Shown: in pieces, positions 40,514 to 50,004 of the stretch | Layout: each line of letters opens with the position of its first letter | Numbering within the stretch: position 1 is the stretch's first letter | From: a bacterium | GTDB lineage: Bacteria > UBP6 > UBA1177 | NCBI GenBank assembly: GCA_017961325.1 | Contig: JAGCXM010000028.1 | Span: forward strand, 21,781-85,780 | Direction of reading: 5' to 3' | DNA length: 64,000 nt | Program-made: the position numbers and the translations under genes | The notes under the pieces: generated by a model | Database searches by the model: none | What the model saw: the letters and a program-made list of their open reading frames with translations, nothing else | What the model was told of the DNA's origin: nothing

Positions 40514-43500
40514 TTATTCAACGCAAATTACAATATTATCGCTGGTGTTTGTTTTTGTAGCAGTCGAGAGGTCGCCTCTTAGGAAATCGAAGGCATAAGC
40601 CTTTGTAGCATCGCTGTTTAAAGTCGTTGAAGTCCAGGCTTTTCCTGTAAATTCAGGAATCAGAGATTTGCCGGTTGTCGGATCGATGAGGTAAATAAGT
40701 TCGTTGGCGGTCGGCAGTCTCATCTTGTTGACACCGTTGATATCGACTCCCTTGCATGCAGCAAGTGCCTGCTGCCATGAAACGGTGTGTGTCAGATCTT
40801 CAAAATACCAGAACGAGAAAGCCGTTTCGCCGAAAATTATTACAAGTACATTCGGGTAATCCAAGACATTGGGTTTATTGTTTCCGCAGGTTAAGCATGA
40901 AGTGTTTTTATTGTCTGAAATGACGCATTTTACCTGAGCCGTGCCGGAGTATCCCTGAGTAAGAGTTCCGTCGGAAGTTGCGAAAATACCTCCCTCTGCT
41001 GTCCAGTAATTGCCGTTCGTATTTGTAAATCCTGAATAAATATGGCTGGCTGTAGTAAAATCGGCGATTTGCGGCAGTTCAAACGCGCTCGGCAGTCTCC
41101 AGCCTGTTTGTCCGCCTAAGTTGAGATTTTTACAGTAATTTTGTGCTTCTTCAAAGTTGCATGAAGATTCATTTTCGCAGTTTTCGTAGGAAGCCGGTGT
41201 TGCTTTCTGCCAAACGGAATTGGAGAATGTTTCAGTGATAACGTCGTTTCCGACATCATAATTTTGTGTCTCATAGGAAAAGTTATTACCCTGACCGTAG
41301 AAATCGCCGCTCTCGTCTTGACAAGGTATGATCGAATTATTGTTATAGCAAAGCGTCTGTTTCGTATCAAGGAACGGACTGGTAAATGAAGTATTATTGC
41401 TGCAATCCGTAAAAATCGGCATGCATTCGTCGTTGCATGATCTGATCGGGCTGTATCCTGTAAACTGGGAGATCATAAAACAGTATAAAGTGAAATCAAT
41501 GGATCCGTTCTGTTCGCATACTTCATCTTTTCCTACAACTCCGTCGCCGCAGTAAGAAATGCCGTCGCACGTTTCGTTGCAATGACCGTGATATCCGTTG
41601 TCTTTACCGCCTTCATCGCAGATTTCAGGTGAATAACCTTCTGCAAACTCAGCAACTTCGCAACAGTTTTGGATCGTATTCCCATCGCAGCGTGGAATGG
41701 AACCGCATTCTGTTTCGCTTGCTTTCTGTATTTTTCCGTCGCCGCAGTGTTCGCCAAGACCCGAGCAGTCGGTTTTGCATTTTCCGTATTTACCGTTGTC
41801 TTCGCCGTTGTCACATGCTTCTGCACCTTCAATAATTCCGTTACCGCATAGAGGAGTCTGGCCGTTGCATATTTCGTTGCAGAAGCCTGGAGTATTGTTG
41901 TCTGCTCCGTCATCGCATGATTCTTCCGGCTGCTGTATTCCGTCACCGCAGTAACCACCTTTGCCTCTTCCCAAACAGTCGGAATCGCAACTGCCCGGAG
42001 CAGACATCTGATATGTTCCGTTGACGTCTTCTCCTTCGTCACATACTTCTCCGTGGCTGAAATCAATGTTGCCGTCCCCGCATTTCCATGTTATCGTTTC
42101 TTTGCATTTTTCATCGCATTTGCCGAATTGACCGTTTTCTGCACCGTCGTCGCAGTTTTCGAAAGCTCCCGGAACTACCTGACAGTTCGTGTAATTGTCA
42201 CAGTTTTCGCGCTGGATGATTCCGTCGCCGCATCTTTCCGTTCTGTAAGCTGAGCATTCGTCGTTGCAGTGGCCGTATGTTCCGTTGTATAAGACGTTGT
42301 CGTCGCACTCTTCGTCAGCATATAAAGTAACGATGCAGTTGTCATAGCCTGTGCAGTCGGTGCGCTGGATGATTCCGTCATTGCAGTAGCCGGTATAGCC
42401 GTTACATGTTTCATTGCAATAGTTTCCGTATCTGCCGTTGTCAAAACCGTCATCGCATGATTCTCCAGGCTGCTGTATTCCGTCGCCGCAGTGAGAGGTG
42501 CCGCTGCAAGTAGAGTTGCAGTGGTCGTATTGGCCGTTATACTGGCCTTCGTCGCATGTTTCGTTTGCTCCTTCAGCTACGACGCAGTTTTCACCGTAAC
42601 CGGTGCAGTCTTCGCGCTGGATTGTTCCGTCGTTGCATGTTCCGCCTTCGGCAAAACCGTCACAGTTCGTGTTGCAGTAGCCGGGAGCTTCTGCGGAATA
42701 CTTGCCGTTGTTTGTGCCGCTGTCGCACATTTCATTTGCACCTTCGACCACTACGCAGTTGTCATAACCGGTGCAGTCGGCGCGCTGAAGGATTCCGTCA
42801 CCGCAGTAAGCGCCTTCATTGTGGCCAGAGCAGGTATTGTTGCATTTTTCATAGCCGCCGTTGTCACTTCCGTCGTCACATGCTTCGTTTGCACCTTCAG
42901 TGACGACGCAGTTTTCACCGTAACCGTCGCAGTTTTCACGCTGAAGAATTCCGTCACCGCATGTAAGTTGTGCCGAGCAGTCGCTGTTGCAGTGATTGTA
43001 TTCGCTGTTGTATGAACCTTCGTCGCAAGCTTCGTTTGTACCTGCAACTTCAACGCAGTTTTCGTCGTAACCGGTGCAGTCTTCGCGCTGAATGATTCCG
43101 TCACCGCATTTCGGCGAATTGCCGGAGCATGTCGAATCGCAGAAACCGTACTTGCCGTTGTTGCCACCGTCGTCGCACTCTTCGCCGTCCTGTTTGGTTC
43201 CGTCACCGCAGTAGCCGGCTTCTCCGCGGCCGTTGCAGCCGTAGTTGCAGAATCCTGGAGCGTTTTGTGAATACTGACCGTTGTTTCCGCCGTCGTCGCA
43301 TGTTTCGTTCGCCCCCTCGACTACAACGCAGTTCGCGTAACCCGTGCAGTCGGCACGCTGGATTATTCCGTCGTTGCAGTGAGGAGCGGAGCCGCTGCAG
43401 CTGGAATTGCAGTATCCGCCGTATTTACCGTTGTTTGCGCCGTCGTCGCATGTTTCGTTCGCTCCTTCGACGACAACGCAGTTAGCATAACCCGTGCAGT

Positions 43501-46087
43501 CTTCGCGCTGGATTATTCCGTCGTTGCAGTATGATTTTATTCCGTCTTCCAAAGTACAGTCGGAAGTGCAGATTTTGCAGTTCGTTTGACCGTAAGGACA
43601 GTAGGGCTGGGTGTTTCCGCCGTTGTCGCATTCTTCTTCCGGCTGCTTCGTTTCGTCGCCGCAGTAACCGCCTTCGCCTTTGCCACGGCAGTCGCCGTTG
43701 CAGAAACCGGGAGCATCGTGTTTGTAATGTCCGTTGTTTGCGCCGTCGTCACAATCTTCAATGTTTTCCATGGTGATTCCGTCGCCACATTCGCCGAGTT
43801 TCGTCTTGCAGTTGTCCGAACAGTAAGCGCCGATACCTTGTTTGTTTCCGACATTCGGTTCGGCCTTGTCGCAAATTTCGAAATCCTGTTTGGTTCCGTC
43901 TCCGCAGGATCCGAACGATTCCTGACAGTTTGCGGAACAGTAGTCGCCGTCTGCCGTGTTTCCGTCGTCACAGACTTCGTTTGCATTTTTAACTACGACA
44001 CAGTCCGTGAAGCCGGTGCAGTCTTCGCGCTGAAGGATTCCGTCGCCGCAGTAAGCGACGTTTGAACCTGCCGTTTTTTCGCAGCCGGAAGTGCAGACTT
44101 CGCAGCTTGTTTCGTTGTAAGGACAGTATTCGTTGCCGTTGTTTGCTCCTTCATCGCAGCTTTCGTTGGCCCCTTCTGCCGTTGTGCAGTCGCCGAATCC
44201 TGAGCAGTTCGCACGCTGAAGCTTTCCGTCACCGCAGAAACCGCCTTCGCCTCTGCCTTTGCAGTTGCTGTCGCAGTATGCCGCTTCTGCAGATGTAGCG
44301 TATGGAGAATATTTTCCGTTGTTCTGGCGGTCGTCGCATTTTTCGCCGTTTGCTTCGTCAACACCGCCGTTGCCGCAGTATGAAGTGATTCCTGCCGTTT
44401 TTTTGCACTCGGTCGTGCAGACTTCGCAGGACGTTTCCCCATAAGCGCATTTCGTGCTGCCGTTCGGGTTCGTACCGGTTTCTCCGTTGTCGCATTCCTC
44501 GTTGCCGTTCAGTATTTTATCGCCGCAGCGTCCTTCGATTTTGCATTTATCCGAGCAGTATGGAGTGTTCGGGTCATCCGTCTTGTTCGGATCGCATTCT
44601 TCGTTCTGCTGCTTTATTCCGTCACCGCAGTAGCCTGTAATTTTTTTGCAGTCGTCGGAACAGTAGAAAGGTCCGATTCCTTCGCCGGTCGTTGCCTTGT
44701 CGCATTCTTCGTTCGGCTGCTTTATTCCGTCACCGCAGAATCTGATTTTTCCCTCTACTTTTTTACAGTCCAAAGTACAGCGTTCGCATGGAACATATGA
44801 GCCGTATTCGCAGTCCAGATTTCCGTTCCGTATGGTACCTGTTTGGCCGTTGTCGCACTGCTCAATGCCTTCCTGAATTATTCCGTCGCCGCACTCGCCG
44901 AGCAGCGTCTGGCAGTTGTCTACGCAGTATGCGCCCGTTCCTTCGCCGTTGCCGACTCCCGGTTTTGCACTGTCGCATACTTCGAGACCTTCCTGAATTA
45001 TTCCGTCTCCGCATGCTCCGAACGATGTCTTGCAGTCCGAAGAGCAGTAGTCGCCGTCTTCGTTGTTTCCGTCATCACATGCTTCGTTTGCTCCGGCAAA
45101 GACAACGCAGTCCGAGCCGTAACCGTTGCAGTTTGACCTGTGAAGAATTCCGTCTCCGCAGTCCGGAGCGTAGTCGTCGCATTTATTATTGCATTTTCCG
45201 TATTTTCCGTTGTCTGCGCCGTCGTCGCATACTTCCATATCCAGCTGGGTGATTCCGTCACCGCAGGCGTGTTCTTTCTTCTTGCAGTCTTCACTGCAGT
45301 AAGTTCCGATTCCTTCGTGTTTTCCGACACTCGGATCGGCGTTGTCGCAGACTTCAAACGACTGTTTCGTTCCGTCGCCGCATTCCCCGAGTTTTGTCTG
45401 GCAGTCTTCAGAACAGTAGGGGTTGTTTCTGGTGTCGCACTGTTCGTTCCACTGTTCTATACCGTCTCCGCAGTAGCCTGTAATTCCCTGGCAGTCGTTT
45501 CTGCAGTAGTCGCCGTCCGTACGGTTTCCGTCATCGCAGAGTTCACCGCTGTCTGCGGTTCCGTCGCCGCATGTCGCAAAAGTGCAGTTCGTACGGCAGG
45601 TCTGCCCGAGTATGCCTGGTTCGTTGCTGTTGTCGAGAGCATTGTCGCACTCTTCGCCCTCGTCTTTTATGCCGTTGCCGCATTCGGGAACATACTGATC
45701 CTCATCCGGTTCGGAGTCTGCATCGTCTTTCGGTCCGTCTCCGTCGTTCGTTCCGGAATCGGTGCTGTCCGGAATATCCGTGTCGGTACCGGTATCAGTA
45801 TCATTTTTGCCGGAATCGGTATCGTCCGCCGGTTCCTCCCCGTCCGGTATCGTGTCGGAATCTTCGGTCAGGTCTTCGTCGGATACCGGTTTGCTGCACA
45901 CTTTATTGATGCAGACAAGGCCGCTTTTACAGTCTTTGTCTTTTCTGCATTTATCACCGATGTCGCCTGATGAAGTGTTGTCTCCTCCATCGCCGCCGGA
46001 ATACTGGTCATAGAAATCCTTTTTGTCACCGCATGCGGAAAAGACAAAAATGAAAGAGAGACAGAGCAAAATTTTGAAAAACTTCAT
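40514..46087 (-). CDS. Giant (1857 aa) lipoprotein composed of ~30 Myxococcus-type cysteine-rich repeats (CGDGI.Q..E.CD.G..NG) with two C-terminal Fib_succ_major/DUF1566 domains
   Basis: Lipobox VFSACG; periodic ~45-55-aa Cys-rich units; C-terminal WRLPSAFELPQIADF and MRLPTANELIYLIDP. The many internal antisense ORFs are taken as spurious. Confidence 0.75.
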   Translation of the reverse strand: MKFFKILLCLSFIFVFSACGDKKDFYDQYSGGDGGDNTSSGDIGDKCRKDKDCKSGLVCINKVCSKPVSDEDLTEDSDTIPDGEEPADDTDSGKNDTDTGTDTDIPDSTDSGTNDGDGPKDDADSEPDEDQYVPECGNGIKDEGEECDNALDNSNEPGILGQTCRTNCTFATCGDGTADSGELCDDGNRTDGDYCRNDCQGITGYCGDGIEQWNEQCDTRNNPYCSEDCQTKLGECGDGTKQSFEVCDNADPSVGKHEGIGTYCSEDCKKKEHACGDGITQLDMEVCDDGADNGKYGKCNNKCDDYAPDCGDGILHRSNCNGYGSDCVVFAGANEACDDGNNEDGDYCSSDCKTSFGACGDGIIQEGLEVCDSAKPGVGNGEGTGAYCVDNCQTLLGECGDGIIQEGIEQCDNGQTGTIRNGNLDCEYGSYVPCERCTLDCKKVEGKIRFCGDGIKQPNEECDKATTGEGIGPFYCSDDCKKITGYCGDGIKQQNEECDPNKTDDPNTPYCSDKCKIEGRCGDKILNGNEECDNGETGTNPNGSTKCAYGETSCEVCTTECKKTAGITSYCGNGGVDEANGEKCDDRQNNGKYSPYATSAEAAYCDSNCKGRGEGGFCGDGKLQRANCSGFGDCTTAEGANESCDEGANNGNEYCPYNETSCEVCTSGCEKTAGSNVAYCGDGILQREDCTGFTDCVVVKNANEVCDDGNTADGDYCSANCQESFGSCGDGTKQDFEICDKAEPNVGNKQGIGAYCSDNCKTKLGECGDGITMENIEDCDDGANNGHYKHDAPGFCNGDCRGKGEGGYCGDETKQPEEECDNGGNTQPYCPYGQTNCKICTSDCTLEDGIKSYCNDGIIQREDCTGYANCVVVEGANETCDDGANNGKYGGYCNSSCSGSAPHCNDGIIQRADCTGYANCVVVEGANETCDDGGNNGQYSQNAPGFCNYGCNGRGEAGYCGDGTKQDGEECDDGGNNGKYGFCDSTCSGNSPKCGDGIIQREDCTGYDENCVEVAGTNEACDEGSYNSEYNHCNSDCSAQLTCGDGILQRENCDGYGENCVVTEGANEACDDGSDNGGYEKCNNTCSGHNEGAYCGDGILQRADCTGYDNCVVVEGANEMCDSGTNNGKYSAEAPGYCNTNCDGFAEGGTCNDGTIQREDCTGYGENCVVAEGANETCDEGQYNGQYDHCNSTCSGTSHCGDGIQQPGESCDDGFDNGRYGNYCNETCNGYTGYCNDGIIQRTDCTGYDNCIVTLYADEECDDNVLYNGTYGHCNDECSAYRTERCGDGIIQRENCDNYTNCQVVPGAFENCDDGAENGQFGKCDEKCKETITWKCGDGNIDFSHGEVCDEGEDVNGTYQMSAPGSCDSDCLGRGKGGYCGDGIQQPEESCDDGADNNTPGFCNEICNGQTPLCGNGIIEGAEACDNGEDNGKYGKCKTDCSGLGEHCGDGKIQKASETECGSIPRCDGNTIQNCCEVAEFAEGYSPEICDEGGKDNGYHGHCNETCDGISYCGDGVVGKDEVCEQNGSIDFTLYCFMISQFTGYSPIRSCNDECMPIFTDCSNNTSFTSPFLDTKQTLCYNNNSIIPCQDESGDFYGQGNNFSYETQNYDVGNDVITETFSNSVWQKATPASYENCENESSCNFEEAQNYCKNLNLGGQTGWRLPSAFELPQIADFTTASHIYSGFTNTNGNYWTAEGGIFATSDGTLTQGYSGTAQVKCVISDNKNTSCLTCGNNKPNVLDYPNVLVIIFGETAFSFWYFEDLTHTVSWQQALAACKGVDINGVNKMRLPTANELIYLIDPTTGKSLIPEFTGKAWTSTTLNSDATKAYAFDFLRGDLSTATKTNTSDNIVICVE

Positions 46088-46287
46088 TGTAAAACTCCTA
46101 TTCTAAAACCAAATAAATTTTTAAAAAACCAGTGTATTTTACCCGTGAAAAGAAAAAAATCCACTTTTTACTGCCGCTTTTTTGCCGCAGTCGATATAGT
46201 GAAATGCTGACAATCGGCATACCGGTCGAAAATGAGGCGGAAACATTTAAAACTTGCCAAAAAAAATCAGATTTTTAAAATGCCGGC

Positions 46288-49077
46288 ATGTTTGGTCGTT
46301 TTTTATTTGTTGCAATCTTATTTTTGTTTCCGTTCGGGATTTTCAGCGGAGATATAACTTTTTCCGATTTTTACCACTTTTCTTCGCGTTCATGGAATGC
46401 CGTTTCTGGGCTTCCCCACAACAATGTCTCATCTTTTTACCGTGATGAAAAAGGTCTGCTCTGGGTAGGAACGGTCGAAGGGCTAGTCAGAATCGATTCT
46501 AAATCGTCCAAAATTTTCAATACAAGCACGACTCGTGCTATTTTGAGCAATAAAATCAACGACTTGTCAGGATGCTACGGCAAAATTTTCGTTGCGACTC
46601 CGATGGGGGTTTCAGAAATCAGTGATTCAGGCTTGAAGATTTCTAAGCTCGCCGAAACGCACGCCATTTTTGATATCGAAACACTCACCGACTGTACTCT
46701 CTTTGCGACGAACGGCAAAGAAATAATGATGATAAAATCAAATAAAATCAGTAAGTTGAGCGAAATAACGGCATTCCCTGAAAGTCCCGTTTCGGTTCTT
46801 TTTTCAGACGGTTTCGCACTTTATGCCGGTTTTGAAAACGGCGAAATCAGAATTTTCGGCGAGGACGGTTTCTCAGGAAACCTCTGCGGCGCAAATTCGT
46901 CGCCGGTTACTGCCGGAAGAGCAAAAGATGGAAGAATTTTTGCCGGAAACGCCGACGGAACCGTTTTTGAACTGAAAAACGGAAAGTGCTTGAAAATTGC
47001 AAGAACCGAATCGCACAAGGCGGTAACTTCACTCGATTTTCAGGAAAAAACAGTTGCTTTTGTCTCCGACGGGGCACTTTTCTTTGCCGAAGGCGGTGCT
47101 CTGAAGCCGTGCGGCAGTTTCTGCGCAGACAACGGTTCCATTTCAAAAGTTATGCTTGACGACGATTTCCTGTGGCTTTCCGGAAGCCGCGGCGTAACTT
47201 TGTTTTATCCTGGAAAATTCATAACTTTGGGACGTGAATCGGGGCTTTTTTCCGAAAAGGTCTATGCCGTTCTCGAAGATGATTCCGGCAGAATCTGGGC
47301 CGGCACACGCGGCGGCGGACTTTTTGTCTACGAAAACGGAAAATTCAGATACCTGAAGGACAGAAAGGGTGATATCGGGCGTTTGGTAGGAGGATTGTTT
47401 CAGAACGACGACGGCAGCATACTAGTCGGAACGACTTCCGGAGTGATTTCGTTTTTGCCGGAAAAGCCCAGTGTTTTCAAGAAGATGAAAGTTTCTCGCA
47501 ATGGAAGTATGAATGCCGTCAGTGTTATTTTCCGTGACAGAAAATCGCGTCTCTGGGCAGGCGGCAGCGGCGGTGCTATTTATCTTGATACCAAAGACGG
47601 CTGGCATCTTCTCCGTAAATTCGGCGACGAATCCGATTTGGTTTCGGCAATCGCTCAGGATAGTCGCGGAAACCTTTGGTTCGCCGCCTCGAAGGGTTTG
47701 TGGCAGCTTGACAGAAATGATGAATTTCATGAGATAAATCAAGGTGTTGACGGAAATATGCCTGTGAGTCTCTTTGTCGATGAAAACGATGTCGTTTTCG
47801 TCGGTTCGATGCACCGCGGCCTCACTTTGATTTTTCCCGATCTTAAATCCGCACAGCTTGATTCACGGAAAGGGCTCTGCAGCGACACGATTCTGGGAAT
47901 GACGGCAGATGAAAGCGGAAATCTCTGGTTTTCAAGCACAAACGGCATTTTTTCCCTTTCAAAACAAGAGGTTGTCGAAGCGGCAAAAAGCGAGAACGGT
48001 TCGCTTTCATGCACTCCTTTCGATTCTACTGACGGAATCCGCCGGCCTGAATCGACGGGAGGAGTCCAGCCTTCTGTTTTGAAGCGCAGAAACGGCGATC
48101 TGTGGTTCCCGACCCTTGAAGGAATCGCGGTTCTCAGACAAAACGGGAGAAAACCTGTTAAATTTGATTCGCTGGTACCTGAAGAAAATCCAACTATTAT
48201 TGTGAAAAGTGAAGAAAAATCAAATTTTTCCGGAATTTTCGTGATTTTGGCGGTTTTTGCTTCGGTAATTTTGGTTTTTGCGGTGAAAAAAGCTTTCAGA
48301 CCTCGCCTCCGGACCCTCTCAAGTGTGGGAGACCTCACCCCTGAACCACTCTCCGGTGTGGCGAGGGGAGAAGACCTCACCCCTGAATCCATCTCTGAAG
48401 CGGTTAGGGGAGAAAAAAATGAGGTCGCCGAGCCTGTGGAACAGAGTCAAGATAATTCTGAAAATATTGAACCAGAAACTGAATTTCTTGAAATTATTGA
48501 AGAAATTGATGATGAACCTCACCCCCGGCCCCTCTCCAGTGTGGCGAGGGGAGACGAGCTTGTTTCCGAACCTGTTTCTGAAGCGGCGAAGGATGAAGAC
48601 CTTATTTCTGAGCCTGTTTCTGAAACGGCAAGGGGAGATGATGAAGAACTTTTCGATCCTGCGGCCGACGAGGTTGAAGAAAAGCGGAAATATGAAGGCT
48701 ATCAGCTGGATGAAGAGATCGCAGCAGCTTATGCCGCCGAGGCGAGAGAGTTGATGGAAAAAGAAAAACTCTATAGAAATCCATATCTTACGATGCCGGA
48801 GGTTGCAAAGAAACTGAAGCTTTCGACAAATACGCTTTCTCAGGTTCTGAACGGCTACTGCGGTCAGACTTTTTACAATTTCATAAATACATACCGGCTT
48901 GAGGAAGTTATTGCGATGATGCATGATCCGAAATGTGACGGCAAAAGCATTCTGAAACTTTCGATCGAAGCCGGCTTCAATACGAAATCGACTTTCAACA
49001 ACATTTTCAAAAAGCGTACGGGACTCACTCCGGCGGAATTCCGCAGAAACATCGGAAATCAAGAAAAAAAGCAATAA
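46288..49077 (+). CDS. One-component transmembrane regulator: two-component-regulator beta-propeller (Reg_prop/Y_Y_Y-like) sensor domain, one TM helix, an acidic repeat-containing linker, and a C-terminal AraC-family HTH
   Basis: N-terminal propeller repeats (LWVGT..GL, LWFAASKGL, LWFSSTNGI); TM IFVILAVFASVILVFAV; C-terminal AraC HTH (...LSIEAGFNTKSTFNNIFKKRTGLTPAEFRR). Confidence 0.7.
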   Translation: MFGRFLFVAILFLFPFGIFSGDITFSDFYHFSSRSWNAVSGLPHNNVSSFYRDEKGLLWVGTVEGLVRIDSKSSKIFNTSTTRAILSNKINDLSGCYGKIFVATPMGVSEISDSGLKISKLAETHAIFDIETLTDCTLFATNGKEIMMIKSNKISKLSEITAFPESPVSVLFSDGFALYAGFENGEIRIFGEDGFSGNLCGANSSPVTAGRAKDGRIFAGNADGTVFELKNGKCLKIARTESHKAVTSLDFQEKTVAFVSDGALFFAEGGALKPCGSFCADNGSISKVMLDDDFLWLSGSRGVTLFYPGKFITLGRESGLFSEKVYAVLEDDSGRIWAGTRGGGLFVYENGKFRYLKDRKGDIGRLVGGLFQNDDGSILVGTTSGVISFLPEKPSVFKKMKVSRNGSMNAVSVIFRDRKSRLWAGGSGGAIYLDTKDGWHLLRKFGDESDLVSAIAQDSRGNLWFAASKGLWQLDRNDEFHEINQGVDGNMPVSLFVDENDVVFVGSMHRGLTLIFPDLKSAQLDSRKGLCSDTILGMTADESGNLWFSSTNGIFSLSKQEVVEAAKSENGSLSCTPFDSTDGIRRPESTGGVQPSVLKRRNGDLWFPTLEGIAVLRQNGRKPVKFDSLVPEENPTIIVKSEEKSNFSGIFVILAVFASVILVFAVKKAFRPRLRTLSSVGDLTPEPLSGVARGEDLTPESISEAVRGEKNEVAEPVEQSQDNSENIEPETEFLEIIEEIDDEPHPRPLSSVARGDELVSEPVSEAAKDEDLISEPVSETARGDDEELFDPAADEVEEKRKYEGYQLDEEIAAAYAAEARELMEKEKLYRNPYLTMPEVAKKLKLSTNTLSQVLNGYCGQTFYNFINTYRLEEVIAMMHDPKCDGKSILKLSIEAGFNTKSTFNNIFKKRTGLTPAEFRRNIGNQEKKQ
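48301..48660 (+). repeat. Degenerate ~39-42-bp tandem units inside the regulator CDS, encoding (S/T)EP(L/V)S.(V/A)ARG(E/D)(D/E)L. Best units at 48333-48370, 48375-48412 and 48517-48553.
   Basis: Units of the form cctcacccc-N-ctctcc-N-gtgtggcgaggggaga, closely related to the gyrA terminator hairpin at 13485-13527. Confidence 0.7.
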
Positions 49078-49257
49078 ATTACAACAAAAAAATATCTGTT
49101 TTTAAGAAAAAAATAAAAAATAAACAATTACTTGATTTTATTTGCGAAACATGGTATTCCTCTACACAGACGGACGTTTTTTGCCAAAGTCCGGTGTTCT
49201 TTTCTACACAGGCGGACGAAATTTATTTGTATATTAAGTAAAAAGTTGCGTTGATGT

Positions 49258-49995
49258 TTGACGGAGGTGGACGTGAGACAGACAAAAGGCTTTTCATTGA
49301 TCGAATTGATGATTGCTTTGGGAATAGTTACGATTCTGGCGACTATTGCCGTTCCCAGAGTTCAAGTCTGGAATGCCAGAAACCGCGGTTTGCAGTTGAT
49401 TATGGAGATCGTCTCGGATTTTTCAAAGGCAAAGTTGATAGCCGTATCTACGGTTGTTAAAAACGATGGCGGGTCCGAAGGAAAAATCGAGGTTCCATCC
49501 GGTAACGGTTCCAATACCGTCAACCTTGGCACGCGGCCTCAGGTTGCAATGGTTTTCTGGTCAGATGGATATAAGATTCTGCAAAAGGCATCACTGAACA
49601 GTAATTGGGAAAACGCTGAAAGTCTTAGAACACAGAAACTGCTTGACTATGTCCATATCGCAACCTTTGCTGACAGCAACATTAACGAGAATATCGTAAT
49701 GAGCAAGGGTTTTTCAAATGCGAAATCCATCGTTTTTACTTCAACCGGATTTGTCAAAAATCAGGACGGTGGCATGATAGAACCGAAACCGAGCAGTGAT
49801 TATGAGTGCGGCGATGTAGATACTAAATTGGCGTCGATTTTTTCAGCTGTTGTGAAAGCCAAGATCAGCGGCACGACAGATGCGATTTGTTACAGGGGTA
49901 TTGTAGATCAGGCCGGGAGATACAACATTTGCATGACTTTTGCACAGGGAGGCGCTGATTGTGATTTCTCAAAAGGATCCGTTGTTGAAATGTAG
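49258..49995 (+). CDS. Type IV minor pilin, FimU/GspH-like (prepilin-type N-terminal cleavage/methylation domain). Probable true start is GTG 49273, giving leader MRQTKG|FSLIEL.
   Basis: KGFSLIELMIALGIVTILATIAVP class-III signal peptide; RBS GGAGG at 49263-49267. Confidence 0.75.
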   Translation: MTEVDVRQTKGFSLIELMIALGIVTILATIAVPRVQVWNARNRGLQLIMEIVSDFSKAKLIAVSTVVKNDGGSEGKIEVPSGNGSNTVNLGTRPQVAMVFWSDGYKILQKASLNSNWENAESLRTQKLLDYVHIATFADSNINENIVMSKGFSNAKSIVFTSTGFVKNQDGGMIEPKPSSDYECGDVDTKLASIFSAVVKAKISGTTDAICYRGIVDQAGRYNICMTFAQGGADCDFSKGSVVEM

Positions 49996-50004
49996 GAGAA
50001 AAAT

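Noticed and set aside
40514-46087. Periodic DNA repeats that could be mistaken for a CRISPR array, plus many 60-180-aa antisense ORFs
   Set aside because: The periodicity is protein-coding (Cys-rich repeat units of variable length, all in one long ORF). There are no short identical direct repeats with unique spacers and no cas genes.
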